A DNA stretch of 64,000 bases from Octopus vulgaris (lineage: Eukaryota). The translations under genes were made by a program, and so were the position numbers. The stretch is taken from positions 55,428,001-55,492,000 of the forward strand of contig OX597833.1 in NCBI GenBank assembly GCA_951406725.2. Reading direction: 5' to 3'. Positions within the stretch are counted from its first letter, which is position 1. Each line of letters opens with the position of its first letter. This document shows positions 62,190-64,000 of the stretch, piece by piece. Below the pieces are notes generated by a model. The model did no database searches. It worked only from the letters and a program-made list of their open reading frames with translations, and had not been told where the DNA came from.

Positions 62190-63404
62190 GTGGGTCAACT
62201 TACATTTCATTACCTGTTTCTCTTCTCTCATTCAGCCAAAATGTCATTGCCAATTTGTCTTCCGTCTCATGTCTTGTTGATGGTGCGCCTGACTACACAC
62301 ACGCACGCACGCATGCATGCATGTTTTCACTTACTATCACACAAACACACTCTTACTCTCTCTCTCACACACATACACATAAATGTTTTGCTATGATTTT
62401 TCTAGTGCATCAGTATCCCCTACCCATGCTCACACTTTAATATTTAGTACTAATCATTTTGCAATGTAGTAGCTAATTCTGATTATTCGTTATTGTCCAC
62501 ATTAGAAATTCATTGCTTTCATTAATTATAATCATTCGGAATATTTTTTTCTTTGTTTTTGTAATAATTTTATTTGTTTTTTTTTGTTGTTTTTTTTTTT
62601 CCTATATCCTTCAGACTTAAAACCTTATTTACCTCTAACAATCTTTTTCTGAGTGAAAGCTAAGATTCTTTGTTATGGCATAAAATATATAAATATTTTT
62701 AATAAATATTTGCTGTGCATGATATATATATGTGAGTGTGTATGTGTGTGTGTGTATGGTTGTGTGTGCACATGCACAAATGCATCCCCCACACATAAGT
62801 GAGGAGAGACCCACCACTGTTTAATGGACCAAAATACTTTGTTCTGGTAAAAATGTTTGTGATGTGTGTAAAACATTGCTACTGCTCAGTTAAGTTTCTT
62901 TTAGTATGAATGTAGATTATCATTATTATTATCATTATTATTATTATTATTAAAGCAGCTAGCTGGCAAAGTCGTTAGCACGCCAGACAAAATGCATACC
63001 AGCACTTTGTCCATCCATACATTCTAAGTTCAAATTCTTCCAAAGTCGACGTTGCCTTTCATCCTTCCGGGGGTCAATAAAATAAGTACCAGTGAAACAC
63101 TGAGGTCAATGTAATCCACTAGTCCCCTCCTCCAGAATTTCAGGCCTTGTGCCTTAAGCAGAAAAGATTATTATTATTATCATTAAGGCAGTGAACTGGC
63201 AGAATCATTAACATGTTGGGTGAAATACTTGGCAATATTTCATATCCCGTTACATTCTGAGTTCAATTTCCAGTAAGGTCGACTTTACCTTTCATCCATT
63301 TGGGGTTGATAAAATTGAGTACTGGGATCGATGTAAGCGACTATCCCCAAAATTCAAGGCCTTGTGTCTATAGTAGAAAGGATTATGATTATTATTATTA
63401 TGGT

Positions 63405-63745
63405 GTGAAGGTGCATGGCTCAGTGGTTAGAGCGTAGAGCTTACGATCGAGAGGTTGTGAGTTCGATTCCTGGACTGGGCTGTATGTTGTGTTCTTGAGC
63501 AAGACACTTTATTTCATGTTGCTCCAGTTCACTCAGCTGAAGAAATGAGTTGTGACGTCACTGGTGCCAAGCTGTATTGGCCGTTGCCTTTCCCTTGGAT
63601 AACACGCATGGCGTGCAGAGGGGAGGCTGGTATGCATGGGTGACTGCTAGCCTTCCACAAACGACCTTGCCCTGACTTGTGCCTCAGAGGGTAACTTTCT
63701 AGGTGCAATCCCATGGTCGTTCATGACTGAAGGGGGTTTCCTCCT
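63405..63745 (+). mobile_element. tRNA-derived SINE family D
   Basis: A box TGGCTCAGTGG, B box AGTTCGATTCC, core TTCTTGAGCAAGACACTT; diverged heads at ~5745, 24685, 24825, 38290. Confidence 0.78.
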
Positions 63746-64000
63746 GTTATTATGGTGAGCTGGCAGAATCATTATTGTGTCAGGCAAAATGCTTAGTGGT
63801 ACTTATTTCAGCTCTTAGTATCTTGAGTTCAAATCCCGGCATAATCAATTTTGCCCTTCATCCTTTCTAGGCAATAAAATAAAGCACCAGTCAAGTAACT
63901 GACTTGACCCCTTCCCCTCAAAATTACTGGTCTTGTACTAAAATTAGAAAGAATTATATCATGTCCATATTAGGGCAGGAAATTGGTAGAATCATTAGAT

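Overview
AT-rich, microsatellite- and repeat-dense animal genomic DNA. The SINE/RTE repeat landscape looks like Octopus or another coleoid cephalopod (inference from recalled repeat families, not a database hit). The whole window lies inside one plus-strand, multi-exon gene. Nine exons (1170-1286, 3247-3366, 4592-4891, 9426-9584, 9796-9996, 14119-14288, 19029-19188, 22147-22230, 62031-62189) splice in frame with canonical AG/GT sites. They encode the end of the GTPase domain and the helical C-terminal region of a NUGGC/SLIP-GC-like dynamin-superfamily GTPase, including a 22-Asn tract. Start and stop codons lie outside the window, and the last full intron is ~39.8 kb. The introns hold several tRNA-type SINE families, fragments of at least four RTE-like LINE families, non-autonomous Helitrons (including a head-to-tail array), piggyBac-type MITEs, Penelope-like hammerhead-bearing fold-backs and young minisatellites. 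The most notable observations are: (1) a tandemly amplified hairpin plus H-type-pseudoknot module, with covariation, in the 3' UTR of the dominant RTE LINE; (2) a C4HC3 PHD-like finger inserted in that LINE's reverse transcriptase; (3) a palindrome carrying two opposed hammerhead-ribozyme folds; (4) a 171-bp satellite born from a piggyBac-type MITE between two TTAA sites. Nearly all other ORFs in the track are spurious.
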